A stretch of 53,931 nucleotides of DNA from positions 1 to 53,931 of IMG/VR virus record IMGVR_UViG_3300042936_001056; one strand, written 5' to 3'. This DNA is from a virus. Lineage: Duplodnaviria; Caudoviricetes. Shown here piece by piece: positions 17,504 to 27,070 of this stretch. The notes below the pieces were generated by a model. The model saw only the letters and a list, made by a program, of their open reading frames with translations, was not told where the DNA came from and did no database searches. A program made the position numbers and the translations under genes. The first letter of the stretch is position 1. Each line of letters opens with the position of its first letter.

Positions 17504-17929
17504 ATGACACCATTTCTAGAAAAAGTATTAAAATTTTTAAATAAGGATTATAATGAAAATACCTTACCTAAATACGATTTTAATTCTTTTAGTTCTATTA
17601 TGAGTATTGCAAATAAATATATTTCAGAAGACTTAATTAATCGTTATGGAATAGAACAGAATAGTAAAGAATTTTACGATTTGTTAAAATATTGGTGTAG
17701 ACAAAATTATGGTAATGGTAAGTATGCAATACCTGGAGATACTATACGTTTGATAAAAATGGTGGATGATCCAAATCCTATTAACCCAAACACTATTGGG
17801 GTTATTAGAGAAATAGTCCCAATATCTATGTTCAATGAAGATCATTTAGATGTCGATTGGGAAAATGGTAGAAAATTAAAATTAATAGTTGGTATAGATC
17901 AATTTGAAAGAATAAAAGACGGTGATTAA
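17504..17929 (+). CDS. DUF4314-like domain protein
   Basis: PGDTIRLIKMVDDPNPI..NTIGVI...VDWENGRKLKLIVGIDQF. Confidence 0.7.
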   Translation: MTPFLEKVLKFLNKDYNENTLPKYDFNSFSSIMSIANKYISEDLINRYGIEQNSKEFYDLLKYWCRQNYGNGKYAIPGDTIRLIKMVDDPNPINPNTIGVIREIVPISMFNEDHLDVDWENGRKLKLIVGIDQFERIKDGD

Positions 17930-18969
17930 TGAAAAAACTAATTAAACATATATTAAAAGAAGAGTTTGAAAATAAAGTAAAGAAATATCTAGACTATATT
18001 ACAAATTCTTTGTTAAAGGACGTTTATCTAAAGGAAACTTCAGGTGAAACTAGATTTGGTAGTGCAGGTGAACTTATAGATATGAATCTATTCGGAGATG
18101 AGATATATGATTTAGTAAATAATTCTAAAGAATTTAGAAAATTGGGTTGGGATTTTTATGTAGATGAAGAAGATCCTTACGATATGGGGTATTTTTTTAG
18201 GACAAATAAACCTGACTATGATTATGACTATGATGAATTTTATTATGAGGTTATATATGATTGGTTACACGATTTAACTGACAAAGGTTTGTTAAATTAT
18301 AATGAAGATTCTGGAGAACACGGTGAGTGGGTAGTACCATCAAAAGATTTACTTATTAAATCCAAATCAAATTTAAGTTTAGATATACCATTATATTATG
18401 ATATAAACAAACAAAGTTATTATATACCTGACTTTTCAAGTACGAGTTTAAACGTGTCAATAATGACTTATTTAGATAAGGTATACAGTATTAGTGATAC
18501 ATCTGAAATGGAATATATTATAGATAGTTTTTTAGAATTATTACCACAAAAATTAACCGATATGGGTATTAATTTTTTCATTAAGAATGATAGAATCTAT
18601 AATAAAGTTAGGAATAACATTAACGAAGGTATTGTAGAAGATTTCATTGAGTTTGGTAAACGTGAATTATCATTGGGTGATGATTTTAAAATAAATTTAA
18701 CTGATAATAGTAGTAGTGTTGAAACTTTAGGTAATTACGATATTGATGGTAAAGAAATTACTGTAGTTAAAAAGAATAGGGCAATACCAGATATAATCAG
18801 ATCAATCGCACACGAAATGGTACATCACAATCAAAACGTAAGAGGTGATTTGAAAGGTAACAGAGGTGAAGGTGAGGAAGGATCCCCTTGGGAGGATGAG
18901 GCTAATGCGAGAGCTGGTAGATTAGTTAGACAATTTGGGGACGATAATCCTGAAATTTATGACTTATAA
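17929..18969 (+). CDS. Leader + domain-A-like module + C-terminal HExxH zinc metallopeptidase-like domain
   Basis: MKKLIKHILKEE; internal NNINEG; IAHEMVHHNQ...EDEANARAG. Confidence 0.7.
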   Translation: MKKLIKHILKEEFENKVKKYLDYITNSLLKDVYLKETSGETRFGSAGELIDMNLFGDEIYDLVNNSKEFRKLGWDFYVDEEDPYDMGYFFRTNKPDYDYDYDEFYYEVIYDWLHDLTDKGLLNYNEDSGEHGEWVVPSKDLLIKSKSNLSLDIPLYYDINKQSYYIPDFSSTSLNVSIMTYLDKVYSISDTSEMEYIIDSFLELLPQKLTDMGINFFIKNDRIYNKVRNNINEGIVEDFIEFGKRELSLGDDFKINLTDNSSSVETLGNYDIDGKEITVVKKNRAIPDIIRSIAHEMVHHNQNVRGDLKGNRGEGEEGSPWEDEANARAGRLVRQFGDDNPEIYDL

Positions 18970-19358
18970 AAAGTATCACCAATTGAGATATCATTATCTT
19001 CACAAAATCCTACATTAACTTCTATATTACCGTCTGAAAATTCTGAAGGTTTAATTATTGTTTCATCATTGGGGTATGCAGTGATAATATCTACAATGGT
19101 GTCCCCATTGACAAATATCATATCGATAGGGAAATTAACATTCTTCATCCAAAAACCACTACCAACATAATCGTAAAACATACCACAATTTTGACATAGA
19201 TTATCTCTATACATTAAACCAGTAACTTTTTCTTCTTCCGTAGTAGGTATTTCACAATCAATATTAATTTCTTCACCATTAACATTTGTAATAGTTATCT
19301 GACATTTACTTTTAAATGGTATTTGAGTGTCTTCAGATATAATATCTAATAATTTCAT
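18957..19358 (-). CDS. DUF192-family protein with a short leader
   Basis: EEKVTGLMYR...GMF...FWMKNVNFPIDMIF...IEVNVG. MKLLDIISE leader with TATTTAT upstream on the minus strand. Confidence 0.8.
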   Translation of the reverse strand: MKLLDIISEDTQIPFKSKCQITITNVNGEEINIDCEIPTTEEEKVTGLMYRDNLCQNCGMFYDYVGSGFWMKNVNFPIDMIFVNGDTIVDIITAYPNDETIIKPSEFSDGNIEVNVGFCEDNDISIGDTFYKS

Positions 19359-19370
19359 ATTAATAAATAG

Positions 19371-19399
19371 TTGACAAATGAATAAAATAATACTATAAT
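19371..19399 (+). promoter_or_regulatory. sigma70-like promoter
   Basis: TTGACA-17-TATAAT, exact consensus. Confidence 0.6.
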
Positions 19400-19420
19400 T
19401 ATATTATAAAAAATAAATTT

Positions 19421-19597
19421 ATGCCAAAAAGTAAACACAGAAAAAATCAAAAAGAAAAATCTATTGCTAGAACCCAAAGAATAAAAGGTGAACAAAAAAG
19501 GTATCAAAAAGCGTTTCAAGAAGAATTTCTTAAGGAGATGCAATCTATAAAAGATAGGGAATTAGGTATAGAGGAAGTACAAAAAACCGAAGGATAA
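19421..19597 (+). CDS. Small basic protein (58 aa, not in the ORF track)
   Basis: MPKSKHRKNQKEKSIARTQRIK...; lies between a promoter and a terminator. Confidence 0.6.
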   Translation: MPKSKHRKNQKEKSIARTQRIKGEQKRYQKAFQEEFLKEMQSIKDRELGIEEVQKTEG

Positions 19598-19611
19598 TCT
19601 TCGGTTTTTTT
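19581..19611. terminator. Bidirectional terminator
   Basis: AAAAAACCGAAG-gataat-CTTCGGTTTTTT between convergent genes. Confidence 0.8.
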
Positions 19612-19612
19612 A

Positions 19613-20113
19613 TTACCATTTATAATGAAAATGTGGTCTTCCACCAACATAAATTTCAGACTGTTTCTTACTTTTTAGGTACGATATTTGGGTGAACTTC
19701 ACTTTAAAGTCTAACGTAATTTTAAATTTTATTTTACCTCTAATGTCATTAATTGTGACAAAGTATGTGTTATCTTTATGTTTAACTTTATGTATTTCAT
19801 AAGTTTCTAAATAACCATCACAGTCATATAAATAAATTTCTTCTTTAGTGAAATCAAAGTAGTAAAAGTATTTTAATTGTCTATAATATGGTTCATCATC
19901 ACTTTCTTCAATCTTCTCAACTTTCCTAAAGGATGTTTTACCTTTATCGTAGAATAATTCAGGGGATTTAACGATGATCACAAACCCTTCATCAGTACTA
20001 ATATTAGAAACACCGTCCTTTAAACCCCAAGGAGTATTTTTAGGTTCATAACACTGAGATTGTGAGTTAAAAGATAACACCACTAAAACGAATAACAAAA
20101 TTAAATTTTTCAT
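19613..20113 (-). CDS. Secreted hypothetical protein (SPI signal peptide)
   Basis: MKNLILLFVLVVLSFNSQS|Q. Confidence 0.75.
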   Translation of the reverse strand: MKNLILLFVLVVLSFNSQSQCYEPKNTPWGLKDGVSNISTDEGFVIIVKSPELFYDKGKTSFRKVEKIEESDDEPYYRQLKYFYYFDFTKEEIYLYDCDGYLETYEIHKVKHKDNTYFVTINDIRGKIKFKITLDFKVKFTQISYLKSKKQSEIYVGGRPHFHYKW

Positions 20114-20131
20114 AACAGTTGTTTTATATAT

Positions 20132-20163
20132 CAAATGTACAAAGAAATATTCAATACACCAAA
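20132..20163 (-). promoter_or_regulatory. Bacteroidota-type promoter
   Basis: TTTG, 20-nt spacer, TACATTTG. Confidence 0.65.
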
Positions 20164-20202
20164 TTTTTTATTATTTTTTTTGATATTTATAATAAAAAAG
20201 AT

Positions 20203-20712
20203 ATGAAAATTAAGATTACTGATTCTCAATTGAGGAAGATAATCAATGAGGCAGGTGGATACGATGATTCAAATATAATGAATGTACATGCACAGAATGT
20301 ACAAAGCCCACTTTTACATTCATTTGCCGAAACTGTAGATGTGATACATAGTTTTATGATTTTTAGTAAATCTGAAAACTTTACGAAACAAAATGCAATA
20401 AATTTCATTAGTAATTTCTCTGGTAAGGTTGATGGTGATATAAAAATGATAAATGATTTATTACCTGAGATATATTTAGATGATGATTTCGTAGAAATGG
20501 TAAAAAAATATAGATACTCTTTAAAAAAATTAAATAACTACTTAAAATTACTATATTCCAATAGTTCTACATTATCATATGATATGTCTAAAGATGAAAT
20601 TATCAATGCAATATATGAACAAATAGTAATGATGGAAGATTGCATAGAAGAAATGTCAAAAATGTTTGGTGTTGTGCAATCTAGATACAGATCCAGATTA
20701 GGATTTGAATAA
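20203..20712 (+). CDS. Leader-bearing helical protein
   Basis: MKIKITDSQLRKIINEA; ATATTTAT at 20183. Confidence 0.75.
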   Translation: MKIKITDSQLRKIINEAGGYDDSNIMNVHAQNVQSPLLHSFAETVDVIHSFMIFSKSENFTKQNAINFISNFSGKVDGDIKMINDLLPEIYLDDDFVEMVKKYRYSLKKLNNYLKLLYSNSSTLSYDMSKDEIINAIYEQIVMMEDCIEEMSKMFGVVQSRYRSRLGFE

Positions 20713-20737
20713 TAATAACGTTTTAAAAATTAAAATT

Positions 20738-20932
20738 ATGAATAACGAAGAAAAGGCAAGAATGTACCACACACTTTTATTAAGACACGATAAACTTGAT
20801 GGACAAATCTCAGATATTAAATCAGAGGCTGCGGGAGTAGAATTGAATCAAGAACAAAAAAAAGAAATTCAATTGTTAGAGTCTCAAAAACATGAGTTGG
20901 TAAAACAAGCCATGTCATTGATGGGTGTATAA
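20738..20932 (+). CDS. Small coiled-coil protein
   Basis: MNNEEKARMY...; start refined from the ORF track. Confidence 0.6.
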   Translation: MNNEEKARMYHTLLLRHDKLDGQISDIKSEAAGVELNQEQKKEIQLLESQKHELVKQAMSLMGV

Positions 20933-21714
20933 TGATTACAAAAGGTAAAATAAGGAGAATTTTACTGGAATCTACCAATAGATTAATGGATAGATTTGCT
21001 GAAGGCGTAATTAAATTTAAGTATAAAGAAATTTATAACCATAATTTAGAACGTAGAGGTAAAGAATCGGCAGATAACGAATACCCAAAGTCATTTGAGG
21101 GTTATATTAAACACCTTAAAGACTCATTTGGGGATGAGGATGGTGCATTTGGGATAGAAATCAATCGAATGTTGGGTAGTGATAACCCATTAATTGAGGG
21201 TATGCATAGTAAAGATGTTGCAGAAAATGTAATTAATTACATTCTTAACTATAATGAACCAGAAAAAAAGTTTAGAATACACATTGTTGCAGAAAATGAT
21301 GTCTTTTATTTCATTAATAAAGAAATATTTACCTGTGATGATAAATTTTTTGAGTTTGTATGGGATAAATTAATAGGTGACGGACGTACTCGTTGGAATG
21401 AGAACCTAAAAGATAAATTATGGGGCGAAATTGTAGACGTTGTAGAGGAAAAAATGGATGATGAAGAGTGGCAAGAAGAAAACGGTGTTACTTTTGATGA
21501 TTTAGAAAGAGAAAAGTCTTACTTTAAGACATATTGGCATTACCCAATACAGTCTTTAGGGTGGGATAACTATGAATTATGTGAATTTTATAAAGATGTC
21601 ATTGGTGAGGAACGGTTATATAAGGTAATTAAAACTTATGTCACTGAAAATAAGGATAAAGTTTACTTAGGAGATACATTTTATTACATTTTCACTAAAA
21701 ATTTGTTCTATTAA
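20932..21714 (+). CDS. Leader-bearing hypothetical protein
   Basis: MITKGKIRRILLES. Confidence 0.7.
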   Translation: MITKGKIRRILLESTNRLMDRFAEGVIKFKYKEIYNHNLERRGKESADNEYPKSFEGYIKHLKDSFGDEDGAFGIEINRMLGSDNPLIEGMHSKDVAENVINYILNYNEPEKKFRIHIVAENDVFYFINKEIFTCDDKFFEFVWDKLIGDGRTRWNENLKDKLWGEIVDVVEEKMDDEEWQEENGVTFDDLEREKSYFKTYWHYPIQSLGWDNYELCEFYKDVIGEERLYKVIKTYVTENKDKVYLGDTFYYIFTKNLFY

Positions 21715-22122
21715 TCACTTTCTCAACCTTTTTATACGTCTTAGGGCGTTTATAGACTCTGTTGTAACCTTAAATCCCTTATCTAAGTTCTCCGTATAGG
21801 GTATAAACCTTAAATTTTTTATATTTCCCACCTTTACGGGTGGGATTTTTTCTTTAAATCCCATAGAGATGGGGTAAATATGATCTAAATGGTGATCTCT
21901 CCACCCTCTTTTGTCAAAATTCTCTAAAATATGGAGTGGTTGTGACTCAGTAACCTCCCAAACCATCGCATAATACAATTTTTTGTCTAAATCTTTAATG
22001 TTTTTGATTTTTTGTTTGATTTTAGGGTGATTTTTACATATTTTTCGGATTTCTTTCTTAATTTCTTCAGTTAAATCTGTTTTTTTAGTAATTTTTTTCT
22101 TATATTTGATTGGTTTTTTCAT
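21715..22122 (-). CDS. HNH-endonuclease-like protein
   Basis: HHLDHIYPIS...NIKNLRFIPYTENLDKG. Confidence 0.7.
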   Translation of the reverse strand: MKKPIKYKKKITKKTDLTEEIKKEIRKICKNHPKIKQKIKNIKDLDKKLYYAMVWEVTESQPLHILENFDKRGWRDHHLDHIYPISMGFKEKIPPVKVGNIKNLRFIPYTENLDKGFKVTTESINALRRIKRLRK

Positions 22123-22164
22123 AAAAGACGATATATTGGTATATTTATATAATAAATAGATAAA

Positions 22165-23019
22165 ATGCGTATAATTATAACGGAAACACAACTTAAAAGA
22201 GTATTACTGTATGAAACTAAACAAGAAGTCATAACAGATGAATACTTAGATAAGGCAAAAAGTATTGTAACAAAATTACAATCAAGAGGGTTCACCATCG
22301 ATGCGGCTTGTGCAATGTCAGGTAATATATGGGCAGAATCACAATTTGATGCATCAATTGAGAGTTCTAATGGGGCACTTGGACTTTTACAGTGGTTAGG
22401 TGACAGAAAAAAGGGGTTATTGTCCTATGCTAAACATAAAGAATCTGAATGGTCTAGTGAAAAAATACAATTAGATTATATTAAGATAGAATTATTGGAT
22501 GGTTATAAAATGACTAATGGTAAACAAGTACCTAATTTACCTTCAGATATTAAATCATCTGATCAATATGAGGTAAATCAATTTAATAGTGCGATGAAAG
22601 GGGATACTATCCCACAAAAAGCACAAGGATTCGCTAAATTAGTAGAAAGATGTGGTGACTGTGATGGTACGATAGATATTAGAAAACAATCTGCAAAAAG
22701 AATACATGATTATATTAACGGAACCTATAAAAAAAGTAGTGGTAAAAGTACAACAAACACTACTACTAAAAAAGAAGAAAAAGGATCCCATTCGGTAGGT
22801 AGTGTGGTATACCCTAAAGAATCTGAAGGGTATGCAAATGTGAGAAAAGAAGCAAACAGAGATAGTGATAGAATTGTAAAAGTATTATCACCGAATAAGA
22901 TTGGTACAATAACCAAAACAAAAACTGACGGTGAAGGGCATCAATGGTATCAGGTTACTTTAGATAAAAAAGTAGATGGATTTACAACTGGATGGGTAAG
23001 ATCAGACGCAGTTAAATAA
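22165..23019 (+). CDS. Phage tail-type lysozyme with a C-terminal SH3b domain and leader
   Basis: AACAMSGNIWAESQF..ALGLLQWLGDRK (lysozyme). ANVRKEA...WYQV...GWVRSD (SH3b). MRIIITETQLKRVLLYE leader. Confidence 0.85.
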   Translation: MRIIITETQLKRVLLYETKQEVITDEYLDKAKSIVTKLQSRGFTIDAACAMSGNIWAESQFDASIESSNGALGLLQWLGDRKKGLLSYAKHKESEWSSEKIQLDYIKIELLDGYKMTNGKQVPNLPSDIKSSDQYEVNQFNSAMKGDTIPQKAQGFAKLVERCGDCDGTIDIRKQSAKRIHDYINGTYKKSSGKSTTNTTTKKEEKGSHSVGSVVYPKESEGYANVRKEANRDSDRIVKVLSPNKIGTITKTKTDGEGHQWYQVTLDKKVDGFTTGWVRSDAVK

Positions 23020-23059
23020 TTTTTTAATACAAACTAATATTTATTATAAAAAAAATAAA

Positions 23060-24712
23060 ATGAAGTACATTATAACAGAAAATCAATATAGAATTTTGTT
23101 AAAGGAAGATAGAGTTGCCTTTTTGAAAACACAAAATGTTATTGACCCTAAATTATTAGATGACTTAACTAAAGGTAATTTAGAGAAAAAAAGTAAAAGA
23201 CCTGATGGTGGTATGGAACCTAATAAAATTAAAGTAGAACCCATAGAAAATCATGAAGGTATAGACATCGCATATATTGTAACAAACAATAAGGGTAAAC
23301 AGTCAGTAAAATTAAGTGATGAAATATTTGAAGATATCGTTGAGGCAGACCCATCTAGAAATAAACAATATGTTCAATGGATGATTCAAGTTTTCCTAAG
23401 ACATATTAGTGATGGTGATATCGAACAAGCGATTAGATTTTTAACTGAAGATTTACCAGAGGCTAGTGAGTTCTTAACAATTTTTGATGATGTTAAGAAT
23501 AAAAAAGTATTTAAGAGGAGTGCACCTAATAGACCTAATGCACCTCAGAATGTAACAGATATTAATCAATACACTTCATTGGCACAACTTTATTCTGTGG
23601 TTAGTCCATTTATTGGTGCTTCTGATGAAGAGAGTGAAGATGGTGAAAGTCCGTTATGGAAAAAATTAAAAAAGTATATTGATTTAGGTGAGGCTAAATT
23701 AGTTTATAGAGATGGTGATGTATTAATATACTCCCCTTTAACAATAGAGTCTAGTTGTGATCCTTTAGGACCTTTAGCGTCTTGGTGTACTAGAAGAGAA
23801 GGTAACACTTATTTTGATTCTTATAGAAGAAATAATCCTAAACCTGATGGTTCGGTTTCAGACTATTATGTGATTATGCCTAAAAACCTATTTAACGGTG
23901 ATGATGAGGGTAATACATATCCGTTACAATTCCACTTTGAATCTAATCAATTACACGATAAGAATAACTCGTCTATTGAGAGGAGTTCAAAACTTAGTGA
24001 GGTACTTAGTAGATTCCCTGGAATGAGAGAATTCTTCAAAAAGGAGTTAGGGAAATTAGTTGAGATGGATGTGGTTAAAGGTACGGGACTTATGGATAGT
24101 GCATACATCAAATATTTAAATATGTTTGGCGGTAGGGCAGAAGAAGTTATTTCAGGAGAGGTATATCAGAAAGGTGTTGAAAATATTAAGAAAATGGCTT
24201 CACAACAAAAAGTTCCTTTACAACAAAATAAATATTTAAAGTGGTTGATGGAGAATACTGAGAATGTTGAAATTTTAGATTATTTGGATCCTGACGTTAC
24301 TGAATCCTTAGACTTCTCAAATATGAATTTAGGTAAATTACCTAATATGTCTAAATTCCTTAAGGTGGATAGAATAACTGCGAATAATTGTAATTTAAAA
24401 ACATTACCAACAGTAGATATGTTACCTGATGGTGGTAGAAACATTAACGTATTAAGTTTTAATGATAATCAAATTACTAAAGCACCTTTAGATGGTTATG
24501 ATACATTAAAGGAGTGTTTTATGATTACATTACTAAATAATCCTATAAAAGAAATTAATGTACCAGTATTAACAAAAATGATAGAGGAAGAACCACAAAC
24601 ATTTATTCGTTTTGGTTTGAACTCTGATGTGATTAATAATCTTTCACCTAAAAATGTAAAAGAATTTCAAAATCTAATAGACGGTGTAGGTGGGGCAATT
24701 ACATTTAGATAA
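23060..24712 (+). CDS. Leader-bearing protein with a WCT-motif domain and C-terminal leucine-rich repeats
   Basis: MKYIITENQYRILLKED; ADPSRNKQYVQW; SWCT; LDFSNMNLGKLP / ITANNCNLKTLP / LSFNDNQITKAP / LLNNPIKEI. Confidence 0.7.
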   Translation: MKYIITENQYRILLKEDRVAFLKTQNVIDPKLLDDLTKGNLEKKSKRPDGGMEPNKIKVEPIENHEGIDIAYIVTNNKGKQSVKLSDEIFEDIVEADPSRNKQYVQWMIQVFLRHISDGDIEQAIRFLTEDLPEASEFLTIFDDVKNKKVFKRSAPNRPNAPQNVTDINQYTSLAQLYSVVSPFIGASDEESEDGESPLWKKLKKYIDLGEAKLVYRDGDVLIYSPLTIESSCDPLGPLASWCTRREGNTYFDSYRRNNPKPDGSVSDYYVIMPKNLFNGDDEGNTYPLQFHFESNQLHDKNNSSIERSSKLSEVLSRFPGMREFFKKELGKLVEMDVVKGTGLMDSAYIKYLNMFGGRAEEVISGEVYQKGVENIKKMASQQKVPLQQNKYLKWLMENTENVEILDYLDPDVTESLDFSNMNLGKLPNMSKFLKVDRITANNCNLKTLPTVDMLPDGGRNINVLSFNDNQITKAPLDGYDTLKECFMITLLNNPIKEINVPVLTKMIEEEPQTFIRFGLNSDVINNLSPKNVKEFQNLIDGVGGAITFR

Positions 24713-24774
24713 AAATTTTTATAAAATTTGATATATTTATAATAAGAATAAAAAAGAAATAAAAACTTAAAAAA

Positions 24775-24939
24775 ATGAGAAGAGAAAAAAAAGTGATTAG
24801 ATTGACTGAATCAGAAATGATTAACTTAGTAGAAAGAATTGTTAATGAAGTAAAAACAGAAAAAAGAAGACAAGTTACTGAATCTTTAAGACAAAGAGAA
24901 TCTAAAAGATTGTCAGAAAATAGAAATAGAAGAAGATAA
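24775..24939 (+). CDS. 54-aa leader plus Arg-rich peptide (not in the ORF track)
   Basis: MRREKKVIRLTESEMINLVERIVNEVKTEKRRQVTESLRQRESKRLSENRNRRR; ATATTTAT at 24733. Confidence 0.75.
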   Translation: MRREKKVIRLTESEMINLVERIVNEVKTEKRRQVTESLRQRESKRLSENRNRRR

Positions 24940-24947
24940 ATTATTTT

Positions 24948-26363
24948 ATGAAAAAAGTTCAAAACCTTAACGAAGAAATACAAAAAATGAGAAAATTAAT
25001 GTCATTTAACATTAATGAAAATTCTCATGATTCACTATCTGAAGAAAATATTGAGAGTAGTATAAAAGAAGAAAAGGACCCAATTGTTGGGGATTGTGTT
25101 CAACTTGGGGGTCCTCCAGAAGTTGCACATGAAATGGAGAACGATTTAAATGATTTATTAACTCAGAAATTAACGGAAATAGAAAAATCTATACCTGTAA
25201 CAGTAACTTCTGAAATGGGTAATAGAGAAGATTTCCCACAATTTACAATAATTAAATTTAACGACACCGAAATAAAATTAGAATTCGATGAGACAAATAA
25301 AGGTTATTCTGGTTATAGACCTACTTGGACATATACAAAAGGAAAAGGTGGTATAGAGATAAGTACTAATATTAAAGTATCAGATTTTAAAGATGAGTTG
25401 TTAAAGAATAAGTGTTACAAATTATTGTACGATAGATACGATTCAATAAAAAATCAAATAGATAGTCAATTAGTTTCAGTTATAGTAGTACCGACAGAAG
25501 AATCACCAATAAAATATATTATGTTACTTAGTCAAAAAGGTAAGAGTGGTTATGTTAAGGCGAATAACATTACTTTATCATCTTTTAATAAACCATTTGT
25601 AACATTATTGGCTAAGAATGGTAAGAATAAAACATACGGTGAATTTGGTTTTCAAGGTAAGATTGATTTAGTTAAAGTAAATATTAATGGTGCTGAGGTA
25701 CCATCAGAATGGGACATACCAACACCAACATCTAATAAATGTTATTGTAATGATATTGTTACGGGTGAACAAATAGTATATCCTTGTGATGGTGAATTAC
25801 CTGAAAGATGTAAAAAAGGTGGTACTCCAATTGCATTTGATTTTGTGGTAGAAGCCAACAAAAATTTTGCTTTCGATGACGCAATTTTAACTGATGAGGC
25901 TAAAGGTATTATTAAACAAAAAATCGAAGAAGAGTGGAATGGGATACCACAAAATAGAAAAGATGGTTATTTAGATTTTATTAAAGATAAAAAAATAGAT
26001 GTTAACGCTTATGCATCCATAGATGCATTATCTAATTTTAAAGTTAGCGGTACCTACAAACCTTGTAGAAAAACAGGTCAATTAAGAAAAGATTATAATA
26101 AATGTCTAAGTCAGGCAAGAGCGGAGGCGGTAGTAGAATATTTAAAAACTATTGCAGATGGTACATTTAAAGATATTAATTTTGTTGCAAATGGTATGGG
26201 TGAAACAAACCAATTTAGTGGTTTAAAATGGGATAATGAAAAGCAACCTAAAACTAACTCTAGTGGTGTTCAGATAGACGAAAATAGTCCATATAGTACT
26301 ACCGAAACAAAGTCAGATAGAAGGTTTGAGGTTAAATTCCCTAAATGGCATACGGAGGATTAA
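24948..26363 (+). CDS. Leader-bearing protein with a C-terminal OmpA-like peptidoglycan-binding domain
   Basis: NFAFDDAILTDEAK...YNKCLSQARAEAVVEYL...GMGET...DRRFEV; no signal peptide. Confidence 0.8.
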   Translation: MKKVQNLNEEIQKMRKLMSFNINENSHDSLSEENIESSIKEEKDPIVGDCVQLGGPPEVAHEMENDLNDLLTQKLTEIEKSIPVTVTSEMGNREDFPQFTIIKFNDTEIKLEFDETNKGYSGYRPTWTYTKGKGGIEISTNIKVSDFKDELLKNKCYKLLYDRYDSIKNQIDSQLVSVIVVPTEESPIKYIMLLSQKGKSGYVKANNITLSSFNKPFVTLLAKNGKNKTYGEFGFQGKIDLVKVNINGAEVPSEWDIPTPTSNKCYCNDIVTGEQIVYPCDGELPERCKKGGTPIAFDFVVEANKNFAFDDAILTDEAKGIIKQKIEEEWNGIPQNRKDGYLDFIKDKKIDVNAYASIDALSNFKVSGTYKPCRKTGQLRKDYNKCLSQARAEAVVEYLKTIADGTFKDINFVANGMGETNQFSGLKWDNEKQPKTNSSGVQIDENSPYSTTETKSDRRFEVKFPKWHTED

Positions 26364-26372
26364 TTTAAAACT

Positions 26373-26975
26373 TTAATTGTTATATACCACAGTTAAATTT
26401 AAAGTGGCGTAAAACCCATTTCTACCGTTCCAAATACCATATTTTGTAGAGACACCTGACATTAAGAATATTTCGTAATTATTTTTTGTAATTTTTTTAT
26501 TATAAGCATCTCTTACAACAAAACAGTGATCGGGTGATGATTCCCATAAATCAACAATTTCTTTGGTAATATCACCATATGTAATTTGCTTGTACGTTTT
26601 CAACATAAACAAACAAATTTCGTAAGTGTCGTTAACACTTTTACCACCATTATTACCGTATGAATTGGATGATTCTTTAATAATCATAGATTCCAATTTC
26701 TCAGTAAACAAATTTTCCCTCCCATCTGGATGATAAACGTGTTGTTCTTTAGACATTATATCGCAAGTTCTTTTAGATACATTGTCACTTACGACTCTAG
26801 AATAGTTCATTTTATAATTTCCTAACGAGTCTCTAACTTTATTAACTTCCACAACAATTAAACTATCCAACAAACGATAGTCAATATTATTCACATCCAT
26901 TACTTTAGAACCATCTCTCTGAGAAAAAACTACTGATGGAAGGATAAACATCAAAATCAAAATTAAGTTTTTCAT
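26373..26975 (-). CDS. Secreted CAP/SCP-domain protein
   Basis: MKNLILILMFILPSVVFS|Q; EVNKVRDSLG...H...EIVDLWESSPDH. Confidence 0.75.
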   Translation of the reverse strand: MKNLILILMFILPSVVFSQRDGSKVMDVNNIDYRLLDSLIVVEVNKVRDSLGNYKMNYSRVVSDNVSKRTCDIMSKEQHVYHPDGRENLFTEKLESMIIKESSNSYGNNGGKSVNDTYEICLFMLKTYKQITYGDITKEIVDLWESSPDHCFVVRDAYNKKITKNNYEIFLMSGVSTKYGIWNGRNGFYATLNLTVVYNN

Positions 26976-26995
26976 AGTTGTTACGTTTATAAGAA

Positions 26996-27026
26996 CAAAT
27001 ATACACCATTTTTTTTAATGTACAAA
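26996..27026 (-). promoter_or_regulatory. Bacteroidota-type promoter
   Basis: TTTG, 19-nt spacer, TATATTTG. Confidence 0.65.
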
Positions 27027-27070
27027 ATTTTTTACTGTTTTTTTGATATTTATAAATAAAATAATTTATT

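Noticed and set aside
21715-22122. HNH gene as part of a mobile intron or IS
   Set aside because: It is free-standing between intact genes, with no interrupted host gene or terminal repeats visible.
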